This document shows positions 39,494 to 52,416 of a stretch of 64,000 nucleotides of DNA, piece after piece (the stretch's first letter is position 1; each line of letters starts with the position of its first letter). The stretch is taken from assembly GCF_000497125.1 (NCBI RefSeq), contig NC_090596.1, positions 1,550,001 to 1,614,000 on the forward strand, given 5' to 3'. The stretch comes from Spironucleus salmonicida (taxonomy: Eukaryota). A program made the translations under genes and the position numbers. The notes under the pieces were generated by a model. The model did no database searches and had not been told where the DNA came from. It saw only the letters and a list, made by a program, of their open reading frames with translations.

Positions 39494-40063
39494 TCACATT
39501 GTTGATTGTATCAATTTCACTAAGTCTTAAATTTCTACATCATAGTTAATTTACCCTTTCACACATGCAATATGCTATAGTTCGTGATTTATTTAGGATT
39601 ACTTAGCACGTAACTGCTAAAATATATCTCTATATTTATCTTCAACTTACTATTAGGTAATTTTTCCAACTAAAAAGTACGTTAATCCTTTACGAATAGA
39701 AATATTTTTTTTAAACAAGGCTTCCATATAACTCATATCATCCCTGATAATTAAAATATTCATAATACTGTTATAAAGAATTGAATCAGATTATTTTGGC
39801 CAAAGCGAATAGCTATAGTGAAAATCATGAACAATACCTAAACGACCTGTAACTGGAAGAATATAATTAAATTTGGTAGATTATAAACTTGGCAATGTAT
39901 CCACATTTACTTAGTTTGTCAAGGCATAAAAAAGCTTAGTTTTACCCACACCTTTATCACCCATGATTGTGAGTACAAATTCACATTTCGTTGGAAGCTT
40001 ACTATAAATTAAAACTACCCCTATACTGAAAATTAACACTAATAATGTATTTTTTGATTACAT
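39494..40063 (-). CDS. SRP receptor beta subunit-like GTPase (N-terminal TM plus P-loop)
   Basis: LLVLIFSIGVVLIY followed by LTIMGDKGVGKTKLFYAL...DTLPS. The G3 and G4 motifs look degenerate. Confidence 0.65.
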
Positions 40064-40181
40064 TGAAAAATTACTTGCTTCTTATATATAATATTACTTA
40101 TTTATTTAAAAGTCAATAAATGAATAATGGGATAATTAATATAAAATTATATAAATTATAATTCTAAATTTTCAAAATAAA

Positions 40182-41192
40182 ATGACCACGATCCATATCT
40201 GTAAAACTTTCCAGACACTTTCAAATGACTTTTTCTTTGAATTATGTTAAGCAAATTTAGCAGATTGTTTACAATCTTTTACAACACTTACGTCAACTAC
40301 TCCTCCATTACAATTTATTTAAATCGTTTCAAAATGCGCTAATTCGCTCCTCATTTCACCACATGATATTGAACCACTGACAAACTAGCTTCTAACGGGT
40401 CTTTGCTCAGAATTTCCTGAAGCATCAGCCTTTTGTGCAGCGATACTCCCACGTGCTATGGCTTTCCTTTAACCTGACCAATAAAATGACGTATGTGAGG
40501 ACTTATGTGAAGCATTGAATATATTTTTAGCATCAGGCAACGAAAAGATTCTAATTCCGCTCATTATTTCAGTTATTAGTGCAACTTTTTAATTATAGAA
40601 TGAACTGTAATAGGGTCATTTAATTGCTTTAAAAACACTTTTAAAAGCAGCTTCAATAGGACAAGATACAACAGAGATAATACTATTATCTCAGTCTTTT
40701 GCGCTTTCAGGGGCACGTAAAATACTTGAGTTGTAACCTTTGAAAATCATGTACAAAATTGATGATGTCTGTGTAATTGAAAAAGTTTTAAAAGAAATGC
40801 TTATTTGCGTGAAAAGCCAATAATTTGGACATTCTGAAGTTTTTTTAATGATTCTTAAGCTGTTTTTGGCAGCTCCTATATGTCAAAGTTTGTTACGCTG
40901 CCCAATTTACCTGAGCAGTTTATTAAGCTTTTTAGGACGTTAGTTACTTAGTGAAGATGTATGTATCAGGAGTATCGTTAGAGCATTGATGGCAAATTTA
41001 TTGCTTTTAGATGCTTTTTTGGGATCAGATGCAGTTGAGGAATGCCAGATATTAATCGATATTTTACGGGTTAGGAATGTGGATGGGAATTATATAAAAA
41101 GAGTACAGCGCATAGTTTAGGAGAGGTTTGAACAATATTAGGCGAATTATAGCATTCCAGCGCGAATGTGTCAACCTATTAAGTTTATGTGA
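40182..41192 (+). CDS. Hypothetical HEAT/ARM-like alpha-solenoid protein (336 aa)
   Basis: Leu-rich amphipathic helices, MTTIHICKTF...CQPIKFM-TGA. Confidence 0.65.
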
Positions 41193-41233
41193 TAATTTTA
41201 TTTTATTATATAATATGAGTTAATATTATATTT

Positions 41234-43555
41234 ATGGAAATTAAAATCCATGCGGAGGTGGTTGATATATTTGATCCTATGATTCAGAACATTTAGAATC
41301 ATATCAAATAATTGATACTACCTTTACTGTCTGATTTGTTTAGTTATGATATATCCAATAGCATTAAAAATAGTATTATTGACAAAGTTTAAACAAAGCT
41401 TAATGAAATTGTTGAAACTGTACCCTTATTTAAAGAAAAATCATATAACCAACTAGAAATTAGATTATTCGCTAGAGATCAGGAAATTCTATAATAAATG
41501 CAATAATTAAATGATATTGAAGCTTAAAATACACATCTTACAGTTTTAGTTTAAACTTATGATGAATAAGTAACCATATTTTAAACAGATATAAGGTAAT
41601 TATAAAATAGAATCAAGAAACTACTTATGATTAAGAAGGAAAATAAGAAAAATACAAGCTTAATTGGCTCAATATATTAACCAGATAAACTTTCAGCACC
41701 AATTTAAGAGTATTAAATTCTTTCTAGATTACCTAATTAAGTTATTAATGAACTAGACTCTGATTCAGTAATAAATGAAAGCAAAGAATTTGAAGATGAT
41801 GCAAATAATAATAATAATCCAGAATTGCTTTAATATTATATGGATAAATGCTAAAAGTTAGAAGAATCTAAAAATAAATAACTTTGTATTACTAGTACAC
41901 AGACATTTGGCAGCCTACTACATAAACATTGTTAAACAGAAACATAACACGATATCAAGATTTTACAATCTATTATTTATGAACTTACTAAAATCGAATT
42001 ACCTGGTATAAGTAAATAGGGGGATGAAGATATTTCTAAAATAATATAAGATTTAGCCCCAGTTTTACCAGAACTCCCTATTGCCTAAGTAGAAATAATG
42101 AAAGCGCCATCAGCGAAAGACATTTTTATTAAGCCTAAAATGGATAAAAATGTGTCAAAAGTAAAATTAGTGAGTAAAAAAAGTAGCTAAAATCTTGATT
42201 AAAAGCATTATAAAATTAAGGATAAATTAGACAAAATACACTCATAAAAAAGTAAAGCCCCTATTCCACAACCAGATAAATTTGATCAATTAAATGACTC
42301 ATTCACATAACTAAAGTGTGTTTCAATAGATATTAGTACTTTAAACTTGAATGAAGAAGATAAAAATAATATAATTAACATCGATAACTATAAGGTAGAA
42401 GAAGCAATATAAACTGAAATAAAAGCCTAATAAACTGATTTTAGCCTTTTAAATATAGATTTAAATGAAATTATAAATATAAATGATCTTGGATATACAA
42501 TTAATGAAATTTAGACGATAATAAATTAAAATAAAGAAACTGATCCTAATAACTAGACTAAAATCATTTAGTCTTAAAAAGTTTATAAAAAAATAAATCA
42601 ATAACCTACAATTGATTTAAATTAATAATTAATAAAAGATAATATTGAAATATCATCAAATAAATGTTCTTAAGAGGTAGTACAAGTAAAAAACCCTCGT
42701 AATAAATCTTAATCTGCTATCATATAAAATTTAGTATAGTTAAATTCTATTTAGAAAACTGACACGTAGACATCTTAATAAAAAAATGTATTAAATGTAT
42801 AATAAGATGTATTGATAACATAAGAGTTACAAGGAACTAATGACAATAAGAATATAAAAATAGATAAGTGTCATATTGTCTAATCTTAGGTACTTACTGA
42901 TTCATAAAAGTTAATATAAATGTAAGACTAATTAAAGATGCACTAGTCAAAAATAATTTAGAAATAAATTAAAAATATCTATTAGAATATAGTTTATTAA
43001 GAGAATGGTATAATTTATCCTAAATTAACATAAAAACATTTAACAAAGCATGAATTATACGTTATTCAAAATGACATATAACCATGCAATAAAAATGAAA
43101 AATATTGTTAAGTATTTTCGTGTGATTGCCTAAAAATACCTTAATTTTTAGAGTTAGTTAATGATCTTAGAACGGAGCTAACATATACAAATGGAGTGTT
43201 AAACCAGTATGATATAATTTATAAATAATAAACACATATATAGAATAATAATAAAATTAGATATTTTTCATCCAGCTAACTTTCTACAGTGACAACAGAG
43301 TATTCTAAAATTAACATTGATTATACATAGTTAGATATTATCACTAGTACATTAACAGGTTAAAAATAAACTATAAAAGCATAAACACTTTTAACCCCTC
43401 AACATTTCTAATAACGGTGTATATCTTCACAATGTTCAGGATTAAGAACTCCATTTGAAGTCAGACAAATATAATTGAGTAGTTAGTAAATCTCAAAAGA
43501 TGTAGCAAGTAAGATCAAAAACTCTCGCTCTCCTATTCATAAAAGTTTGAAGTGA
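41234..43555 (+). CDS. Hypothetical coiled-coil/low-complexity protein (~773 aa)
   Basis: MEIKIHAEVVDIFDP...SPIHKSLK-TGA; Q/N/K-rich; AAG-TGA end. Confidence 0.65.
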
Positions 43556-43599
43556 GTATATTATAAAAGATAATTTTTCTTTTATTTCCTTTTCAATTA

Positions 43600-45126
43600 A
43601 TGCTATCTATTAAAAATAAAACAACCTTAGTAACTGCTAATTTATTCTATCTAAAAGATACTAGTAAGGGATTTGAAGAAGAAAATCGCGAAGTTTTTAG
43701 ATGTTTCGGTCATTCTGTACATACCCCTTCTGAGCTTAAAAATTTTACATTAAATAATAAAAAAATTGACCCAATTATGCCAATGCGATTTTGGAATCAC
43801 GAAAAAACATTTTATGAGAATTAACATGAGTCTCAAATACATACAAAGAAGCTTTATACCGAAACTGGTATTCCAAGAAGACTCTTAAAATAAGATTTTA
43901 CAACCCTAACCCCACTTTAACTGGCTAAACTTTACGAAAATTCTTAAATTTCATCAGCGGCTCAGTTCAACTCAAATGCTTCTCTAGACGATCCTGATAA
44001 GTCATTTTTTAATTTTATTGGTTATGATTTTGTTGACTACAAGACACGTAGAGCACTTGAAGTAGAAGATCCTTATCTTTATATCTTTTATACGACATCT
44101 TAGGTATTTGGCTGTGAGCATTATGCTAGGAATGCCTTCCCTATCTGTCCTGACTGTAATAAACCATTCCCTTGTCGTTTCTGCCATGGAGATGAAGTAG
44201 ATGACCATGAGCTTGATCGTAAGCGTATATCTGAAATGTTATGTTTATTCTGTGATACTATAGTTCCAATAGGGACTAATTGCAAGAATTGTAGTATAAA
44301 TGTTAGCTAGATTTGCTGTGATATATGTCATACTCTTTGCATGATTGGGCCAGAAGTAAAACCAGCGTATCATTGTCACAGCTGTGGGGTCTGTCGTGTA
44401 GGGCTGTAACATTCCAGTGTGCATTGTGAAAAGTGTGATTCTTGTTTCGACAAGAACTTCGTAGATGAGCACGTTTGCTTAGAACCTTGTGTGTGCCCTG
44501 TGTGTTAGTAAAATTTAAAAGATACTATAACACCGGAATTTAGCTTAAAGTGTAATAATAAACATAGAATTCATTCTAGTTGTTACGACTAATTATTATA
44601 AAATGGGACTTTCACATGTCCTCTAGATCATAAAATTATCATTGATGACATGTAATATGCAATGCTAAGAGCAAAAATACTTCATTTATACTGTAAATAA
44701 ATTGTATATTTTTGGACCGATGATTAGCTTTTGCACTGTAAAAAATATTAATGCTACGATTGTGAGAAAGTTTGTTATGACTTTTCATTCACCGAAATTC
44801 CTTCTATTTGTCACGGATGTTTTGGAATAAATTGTAGAGAAATAGAGAATGTTTTTTGTAAAGCTAGTAATATTTTGGTAGTGCCTAAGGAGGTGGCATC
44901 AGATGAAGTTGTTAATGTCTGGAAGTAAAAATGTAAAGAAGTACTTTCTAATGGTTAAGAACGAGACTAAGATATTTGTGGTGAATATATGAGTTATTAT
45001 CGTTAGATTAATTTGTAGCTTGTTCCAAGACTTATTAAGGCAATCGGGGAGAATTAGTAGTTTGCATAAATGCAAATGATATAAATGCTATTATAACATG
45101 CTTAAAACGGACAAGATGATCAGTGA
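43600..45126 (+). CDS. RCHY1: RCHY1/Pirh2-type CHY zinc finger plus RING-H2 E3 ligase
   Basis: GCEHYARN...CPDCNKPFPCRFCH...HELDRKRISEMLCLFC...YHCHSCGVCRVG...HCEKCDSC...CPVC...HRIHSSC...FTCPL. Confidence 0.9.
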
Positions 45127-45206
45127 AAGGTTATATCCTTTTTAGCTACTATACTATTATATACCATATTTTAAAATATATATACTTTTTTATTCACTTC
45201 ATTTAA

Positions 45207-46250
45207 ATGAATGATTCACCTAGTTTATACCTGGGGTCTATGAACTGTTATTTAATGATTGATAATCATTAAATTAAGATACCTTCATTTATTTATGTCT
45301 AAAATGGTCAACGTTTAAGTTAGAGAAACACTAGTGAGTGCAAATATTAGATGTACACACATTTTGCAAACTCACATGTTGTTCCAGTAATTTCTTAAAT
45401 ATTTAGTCATAAGTAGTTTTAAATTTCCACATTAGGGTATTCTAATCTTTTCTTTAATAAACAAGATATTTTACCAGCATTGACTACCTTCTTTGAGACC
45501 TTATCACTAGAATTTAATTTTACCAGATTAGTTATAAATGCACCTATTTTATCAATTTCATAGTTAACATCTATATAAATATCGCTAAAATTTACATAAA
45601 TTGACTATGTGATACATCAGTTTGACTGTGGTTAGTAGGACGTTCATTTCATAGATTTTAATATATATAATTCCTAGATGGCTCTTCACTCATCTAATAT
45701 TACAATCTATTCTTAATTACTATGCCTTTTAAAACAACTTTAATAGATAGAAAGAGTCTCGAATGGATCTATATTTTAACTTATTTGCTATAACTATGAT
45801 TAAATTCTCAATGGAAGCCTCCATGTCAGCTAAATTTGTCGTGATTTAGGTGTTAATGAGGATTTTCTACTGAAAATAAGTGCCTAACTTAATATTAACA
45901 TCTAGAATGGTTTGTATATGTTTGACAAAGCATTATATTCAGAATTTACTAACTTTATGTAAACGGTGATTAAAATACAAAATACAGGCACCACGCCAAA
46001 ATTATGTGGTGAACTTGCGTGTTGTAGCGTGTATAATGCCTATCCAAAGTGTGCTTCTTTTTCCCCAATAGATATCAAAGATAAATCATTATTTATAGTC
46101 GAGTGTAATGGCTAGTTAAGATTTAAAAATATAATGCTAAAACTGAATTCAAAATAGAAGTTTGAGTAAATAACTTATGGTATATATTAAGGATAAAATG
46201 AAATTTTAATTTAGTAAAATGGTTAGATCATTGAAGTGGAAGTCGATTGA
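45207..46250 (+). CDS. Hypothetical protein (347 aa), possible highly degenerate Hsp70/actin-fold relative
   Basis: The ORF is well supported. SLYLGSMNCY, RLVINAP, HFIDFN, KLCGE and IYQGQN loosely echo Hsp70 motifs in the correct order, but the family call is weak. Confidence 0.55.
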
Positions 46251-46299
46251 AGTTACTAATATATTTATATATGTATTATTTATTTTTATCTTTAAAAAT

Positions 46300-47877
46300 A
46301 TGGAAGATAAATGCTTACGAAACTAATTAATTGATAGACTATCATAATCTCTAGCAGGGACTTTAAGCGAAGTTAAATTATCTAATGATTCAATATTTGC
46401 AATGAATTATCCCATATAGTAATACTAAACAACTACTTAAAATATCTCCAGAAATGGGAAAACTAGACGTTTTTTCTCAGAATTAAATATCAAGAAATAC
46501 TCTGATAGTAATTGTATAAAAATAAATAGTAGTCTTTTAGAGCGAAACTTGTAGCTTGAAAAAACTTATAAACAATAATAGCTTTTAAAATAAGACCTAG
46601 TGTAAGAAAATAATTGTTTTAAATAATAAATTCAAAATTTAACCGAAAATATTACCAAATATGAAATAGAACGATAAAATCTTATATAATTTTAAAATGA
46701 ACAGGTCGAAGCAATGAATGAAGAACATAGTTTTATTTAGAATTAATATATAGAGGAGAAGCTCTAGCAAAGCTAATAGAAACTTAATTTATCCTTTGTA
46801 TTAGAAGGTGAGAATCAGACATAAGCAGATTTGTTAAAAGCTAAGGAAATGGAAATATAATTTCTAAGAGAAAAAATAAACCGTTTATCAAATCAATTTC
46901 TAAAAAATCGAATTAAAAAACACTAATAGTATAATTAAAACCTTAATAATATGTAAAGTTAAATAGATTTTGAGGTCATTTAGTAAGAAAAAAATAACTT
47001 AAAACTAGAAAATTCATAATTATAAGTAGAAATATAACAGTTATAAAAATAAAACTTTGCTTTAAATAGTAGACTATAATCATTTTAAAATCTAGTAAAT
47101 GACCATGAAAACAGATATAAGTAAATTATGAATAGACTAGAATAAAGTGTTAGAATTTAATATGCGTATGTAAATTAAGAAGTTTAAACTTTTGATAATA
47201 CTAATATAACCTTACCAATATCTTTGAAAGAAAATGATATATAAATAGAAATATTAGCCAGTTTAGCTAAGGATTTATAGGCTGCTAAATTAAAAAATAA
47301 CACAATTGTGTAAAATGAATTTGAAATTCTGTAAAATAATGAAATTTTAATATAATAATGTAATAATCAGAGTTAGATAATTGTTACATAAAATAATGAG
47401 ATTTCTCAACTTAAGAAGTAACTATTTAATTAAGAATTTTTATACAATCCAGTAAAAGTTGATTAGACCATACAAACCTATTCAATAATTCAAACAGATT
47501 TAGGAAATAGTATTGTATATAATTCCATAGAAGAAGAAACTAGTGATGATTCCTCTAAGTCTGCGTTGGAAATTTAGATGACTTAAGGTAAATTGGAACA
47601 AACTTAAATTTTATAATATGAATAACGAATATCATTAGCAACAAATGATTTTTCTGTATAAGTATAAATTAAAGATTTTAAATTTTAACTATTAACCAAG
47701 GTGAGTGTTCTAGAATAAAAGCTGCTTGACTAATAAAGAATTATAGATAGTTAACAATCAAGTCTTCAACAAAGTGCTAAGTATATAGATGAGGATCATG
47801 ACCAAAAGTTTTAATGTGAAACTTTAATAGTATAATCTCCATCTGCCATAAATTTATTAGAATTATCAAATCAGTGA
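46300..47877 (+). CDS. Hypothetical Gln-rich coiled-coil protein (525 aa)
   Basis: MEDKCLRNQLIDRLSQSL...LLELSNQ-TGA (CAG-TGA). Confidence 0.7.
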
Positions 47878-48189
47878 TTTTCTTTGTAAACAATACTGAT
47901 ATAAAAATAATTTAACGATGTGCAGAAATCATTTCTAGTTTTAACCTAAGTACAATCACATAATAATTAAGTCTACTAAATCTAGACATGCAAACTGTTA
48001 TAATATAAAGCATAAATAAGTTCTGTCTTTATCAAGTAACTTTATATATAATTATCATATTGTCAGCAGCAACTAGAAATATGTAATATAGCATAATGAA
48101 ATATTAGAAATAATCAATTTAAATTATTAATATTCTCAGTATTACTTAGTCGAAGTTCAAAACACTTTATTATTATCAGTATATAAGTA

Positions 48190-49551
48190 TCAGAAAGATG
48201 ATAAATATAAATTTTATGAATATATTTAATTCGAAACTATAATTTTCAAGCAAATAATTTAATAGCTAACTTTTTAAATGTAATTTTTTAAAAAAGTAAT
48301 GAAATATGTTATAAAATCAAATCATATTTTTTTCTATAATTCAGCAACTAAATAATGATAGCCAACATGGTCAAATACACCTTATACAGTAAAGTATAAA
48401 TCAGAAATATCGTGGACACTAACTTCAATTAAATTACCTTTTATAAATTAATAAATTTTCCCTGCAATAAATAAATCATTTTTCCTAGTCATGTATCTAC
48501 TTAAAATTCTGATTTCAGGTCGATACCCCAAATTTTCAACACATTATTTCTCACAGTATGAAAAATTGTTATCTTCATTTTATATAACTGTAGCATTATC
48601 AAAATCTTCTACATTTGAAAAGTTGTTACTAAACTTACTTTTTATTCTAAGCATTTATAATTTCATTCGCATTAACATTACCATTTCTGAATGATAGGAA
48701 ATCACAGGAATAAAATCAAAACCGTTAATAATTGTTTTTGAGAATGATTTAGCCAAAATTGAAAACTCATAATCACCAACACAACTTTGGCCACCATTAA
48801 TAGTCTTTGCATTAAAATTTTAAAGTCTTAATAAAAATGTCAATATAACAGCTATCGATGCTCCCATCGAATGTCCTACTATTAATACATCATATTTTTT
48901 ATCTATAATATTATTAGCTATTTTAAAGATATATTCTGCACCTGAATAAAATCCAACATGAAATTTATAACCATGATGAAGTTCTGGAGTTTAATCCAAA
49001 TCTGTAAAAGCGTCTTCAGAATTTGATGTTCCCCTGATTACTATATTATACTAATTATTATCCAACGTAATAAAAAATGAAGGTCTTCTAAATGTAGACT
49101 AACCTGAATGATCTAGAATAACAGTTTTACCTAAAGTTTTATACTTCCAATATGCAATTTATTTCTCTGATAAAGACACATAATTAGATTTTCCAATATA
49201 CTTATCTCTCAATATAAGTTTTAAAAACATATACCGCGATACCGATTAATTTATTGACATTTTCTATTACTATAAATCATTAAAATTAATTGCGATAGAA
49301 AGACTAGCTATTATTTCCTATAGTTCACTTTAATCAGTAACTATTTTATAGTTCTAATAGTGTTATCCATATTTATATGTCTACAAATAGTGAAACATAA
49401 ATGTAAATATTAAGCCTAGTAATTAAAATGAAGAATATCCTGCAATACGTGCTTATCTTATAGTTTCCTTGTAAAATCGGTTATAAATATTCTTTCTATC
49501 ATAAAAAACTACTGATTACAAAGATATCGGATCATTTATGCTATCTTCCAT
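48190..49551 (-). CDS. Class 3 lipase (diacylglycerol lipase-like)
   Basis: IVIRGT...DAFTD...FHVGFY...LIVGHSMGASIA...IINGFDFIP...FDHVG; catalytic triad candidates are present. Confidence 0.88.
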
Positions 49552-49857
49552 TTTAATATAATATAATTTATTATATAACTATATTTATATAATTCAAAAA
49601 ACTTTAAACAAAGGTTAAGATATATATTATGTTTTTATTTATACTAGTATAATAAATGAAACTTAAATATTAAAGTATGTCTGTAAAAAGAGAATATCAA
49701 TATACTTAAGAATATTATAAATTATATATCGTGTTGTTGTGCTCTATATTAAGTTCACTGACTAGTTTTCATATATGCTAAGTATGGTTTATTTTTATTA
49801 TAAACATAATAATTAAAATATTTGAAACATTACTATAATAGCTATAAAACCTTTACA

Positions 49858-50358
49858 TCAAAGTAAATTAATTTTTTTTTGTTAAAGTTCTATCTATTTA
49901 CTTAATTCCTTTAAAATACATATTCGGTCTTTAGCAAATACTGTAGATTAATATACCTAATCATAATTATTTTGAAGCTTGTCCAGTTCCTCTTATGCCT
50001 ATAATTCACTATTAATTAACCCTTAATAATGGAAATTATATGTATTTTATACTTCCTATAAACTAGTAAGATCCTTTGTTACCTTATCTAGCTCAGCCTA
50101 CATTATTTTCTACCTTTTATCCCTTAGATTTAATTATGTCTTTTATAGTTCGTTTTCCTAATATTCAATACCAAATATTTACTGCTTACTGCTGATTTTT
50201 TCTTTACAAACTACACACTATTTTATGCTTTTGATACATTATTCACAGTATAAATGTCCACAATTAATAATAAATATTTTTCTTAATTTTGAGAAACACA
50301 TTGGGCATTATCCCTATATTTTAACTTCTTGATTAATAAACTATTTAATTTCATTCAT
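49858..50358 (-). CDS. RING (C3HC4-like) plus coiled-coil protein, RNF212/Zip3/HEI10-like architecture
   Basis: CPMCFSKLRKIFIINCGHLYCECIKSIKQCVVCKEKI followed by a coiled coil. 166 aa. Confidence 0.75.
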
Positions 50359-50406
50359 ATGTCTATATCATTTTAATATAATATTTTTATTCATAATTAT
50401 TATTTA

Positions 50407-51456
50407 ATGCAAATCGACTGGTCATCGCAATCTCTCACTACAGTTGAATTAGCGTCAAGATTAGACGCAGTAATTTCCTCTTAATAAAATGTTTCATCAC
50501 TAAATTTGAATAATAACCAAATTGATGATATGTCACCCCTTTATGTAGCATTTGTGGACCCTGCTTTTCGCAATTTAAAGATTCTTAATATGTCTTAGAA
50601 TCTCATCACAGATGTGTATCTAACTGACCTACCACTACTCATAACTTGTGATTTTTCTCATAATGAGCATCTCAAGGAACCTATTTTTGTTAACTTAAAA
50701 TCACTGAAATCAATTGATTTACGAAGTACTGCAATTACTAACTAGTTCTTTATATAACTTACATCATAGGATGTTAAACTACGGCATTTACGTATTGGTG
50801 GAAAAGTTTCTGATGAGGGACTAGAACTTGCTATATAAAAAAATAAATTGTTTTTCGAAAACCTGTTAACTTTGGACCTGAAAAGTAGTCTTTGTCATCA
50901 CTATACAACTATTTAGTCAGTGTAATAGTTATTAGGAGTTCGGTAGGTAAAAAATTTACCATAACGGTTACCTTCAGTCAATTCATCACGATTATCCTCA
51001 AATTCTTCAAATCGTTCAAAAAGCACATTTTCTACAATTGAGTTATATAAATAATTGGTTGTAAATAATACAAAATCTATAATCAAAAAATCTCCAGCCT
51101 AAATTTTGATTTAAGCACTTTTGGGACCAAATTAGGTTATGTAATAATTTTTTTCGGGACTTTGTGAGTTATAAAATGGAACAGGAGTATGCGCTGTAGT
51201 CTTGGCTGGTGTTAAGGCATAACCTGATATTGAAGATTAACTTAGTATGGGATTTGTACGTAAAATTGGAACTTTGTTTTGTAAAGATTTAAAATTATCT
51301 CATATTGGGTGTGAAGAAAGAGTTAGAGTTGTATGCGAGATTATGGAGCGAAAAATCGATCTACAGAATGAGCTAGTTAAAAATGATGTATCAACATTGG
51401 GAAATATGAAGAACATGCAAGGAGATTTATTAATTCATGGAAAAGTTTTTAAGTGA
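50407..51456 (+). CDS. Leucine-rich repeat protein
   Basis: VSSLNLNNNQIDD, LKILNMSQNLITD and LKSIDLRSTAIT; ends IHGKVFK-TGA. Confidence 0.8.
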
Positions 51457-51668
51457 GGGTGATTTTATAATGTTTTCACAAATATCTGGATATAAGTGTA
51501 CAGAAAATAAATATCGACAAATTATAACATGTATATCGTTTTTGTCACTCCTCTTAATTTAGAACTATTTATGAATAGATAATAAACAGAATCAATAGAA
51601 GCTAGTCGAATTATTAAAATAATTTTAGAATCACAATCAATTACTTAATTTTCCGGCAAAATATTTGT

Positions 51669-51884
51669 TCAGACATAAGAAATAATAAAAAATATCAGAA
51701 TAGAGAGCATAATTACGTTAAAAATGCATCTATATTATTTATGTTTATCCTGTTTAAAATTATGTACTTACTGGTACTGAGATTCTATCTTATTTTCTAT
51801 TCTCTATATATAGGTTTTATTATTTTCGATTTATAGTACGAGATAATTATATTCATTAAACAATAACTCGTAATCTTCATCCAT
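51669..51884 (-). CDS. Small tail-anchored coiled-coil protein (SNARE-like, 71 aa)
   Basis: MDEDYELLFNEYNYLVLQIENNKTYIQRIENKIESQYQQVHNFKQDKHKQYRC followed by the terminal TM IFNVIMLSILIFFIISYV. Confidence 0.5.
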
Positions 51885-51939
51885 ATTTAATATATTAATT
51901 ATTTCTATATAATAATATCATATAATAATTTATCAATAA

Positions 51940-52416
51940 ATGAAAGTTTCGTCTATTTAAAAAGAGATATTATAACTTAAAGATAAAATTAGTAATATTG
52001 AAACACTTATTAGTACCGAAAAGAATAGTTATGAAAAGTAAATAGAAGAACTCAGTAAAGTCTATATTATCCCTAATAATTCACATCAACTGGAAGAAAA
52101 TATTGATTTAAATTAACTAAAGGCTCAAGATATATAGATTGAAGTTAAATAATTGCATGTTTAATTAGAAGAAGTAAAGGCTTTGAATGCTAGATATAAT
52201 TCAGAATTAAAATAAGTAGAGTTAGTTAGATAGTCACAAGAAACTTATACTGAAGAAATCAGTCAAACTAGCAGACTCATATAAATTCCTGAAGCTTCCT
52301 TAGAAAATATAGCCGAAGATAAAAGAGAAGATTTATCTAAAGATACATTACTCCATTAATTTTATTAGATGAATAATTAGATATAAAACTTAATTTAAAC
52401 ATAATCAGATCAGTGA
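51940..52416 (+). CDS. Hypothetical coiled-coil protein (158 aa)
   Basis: MKVSSIQKEILQLKDKISNIE...QTQSDQ-TGA. Confidence 0.65.
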
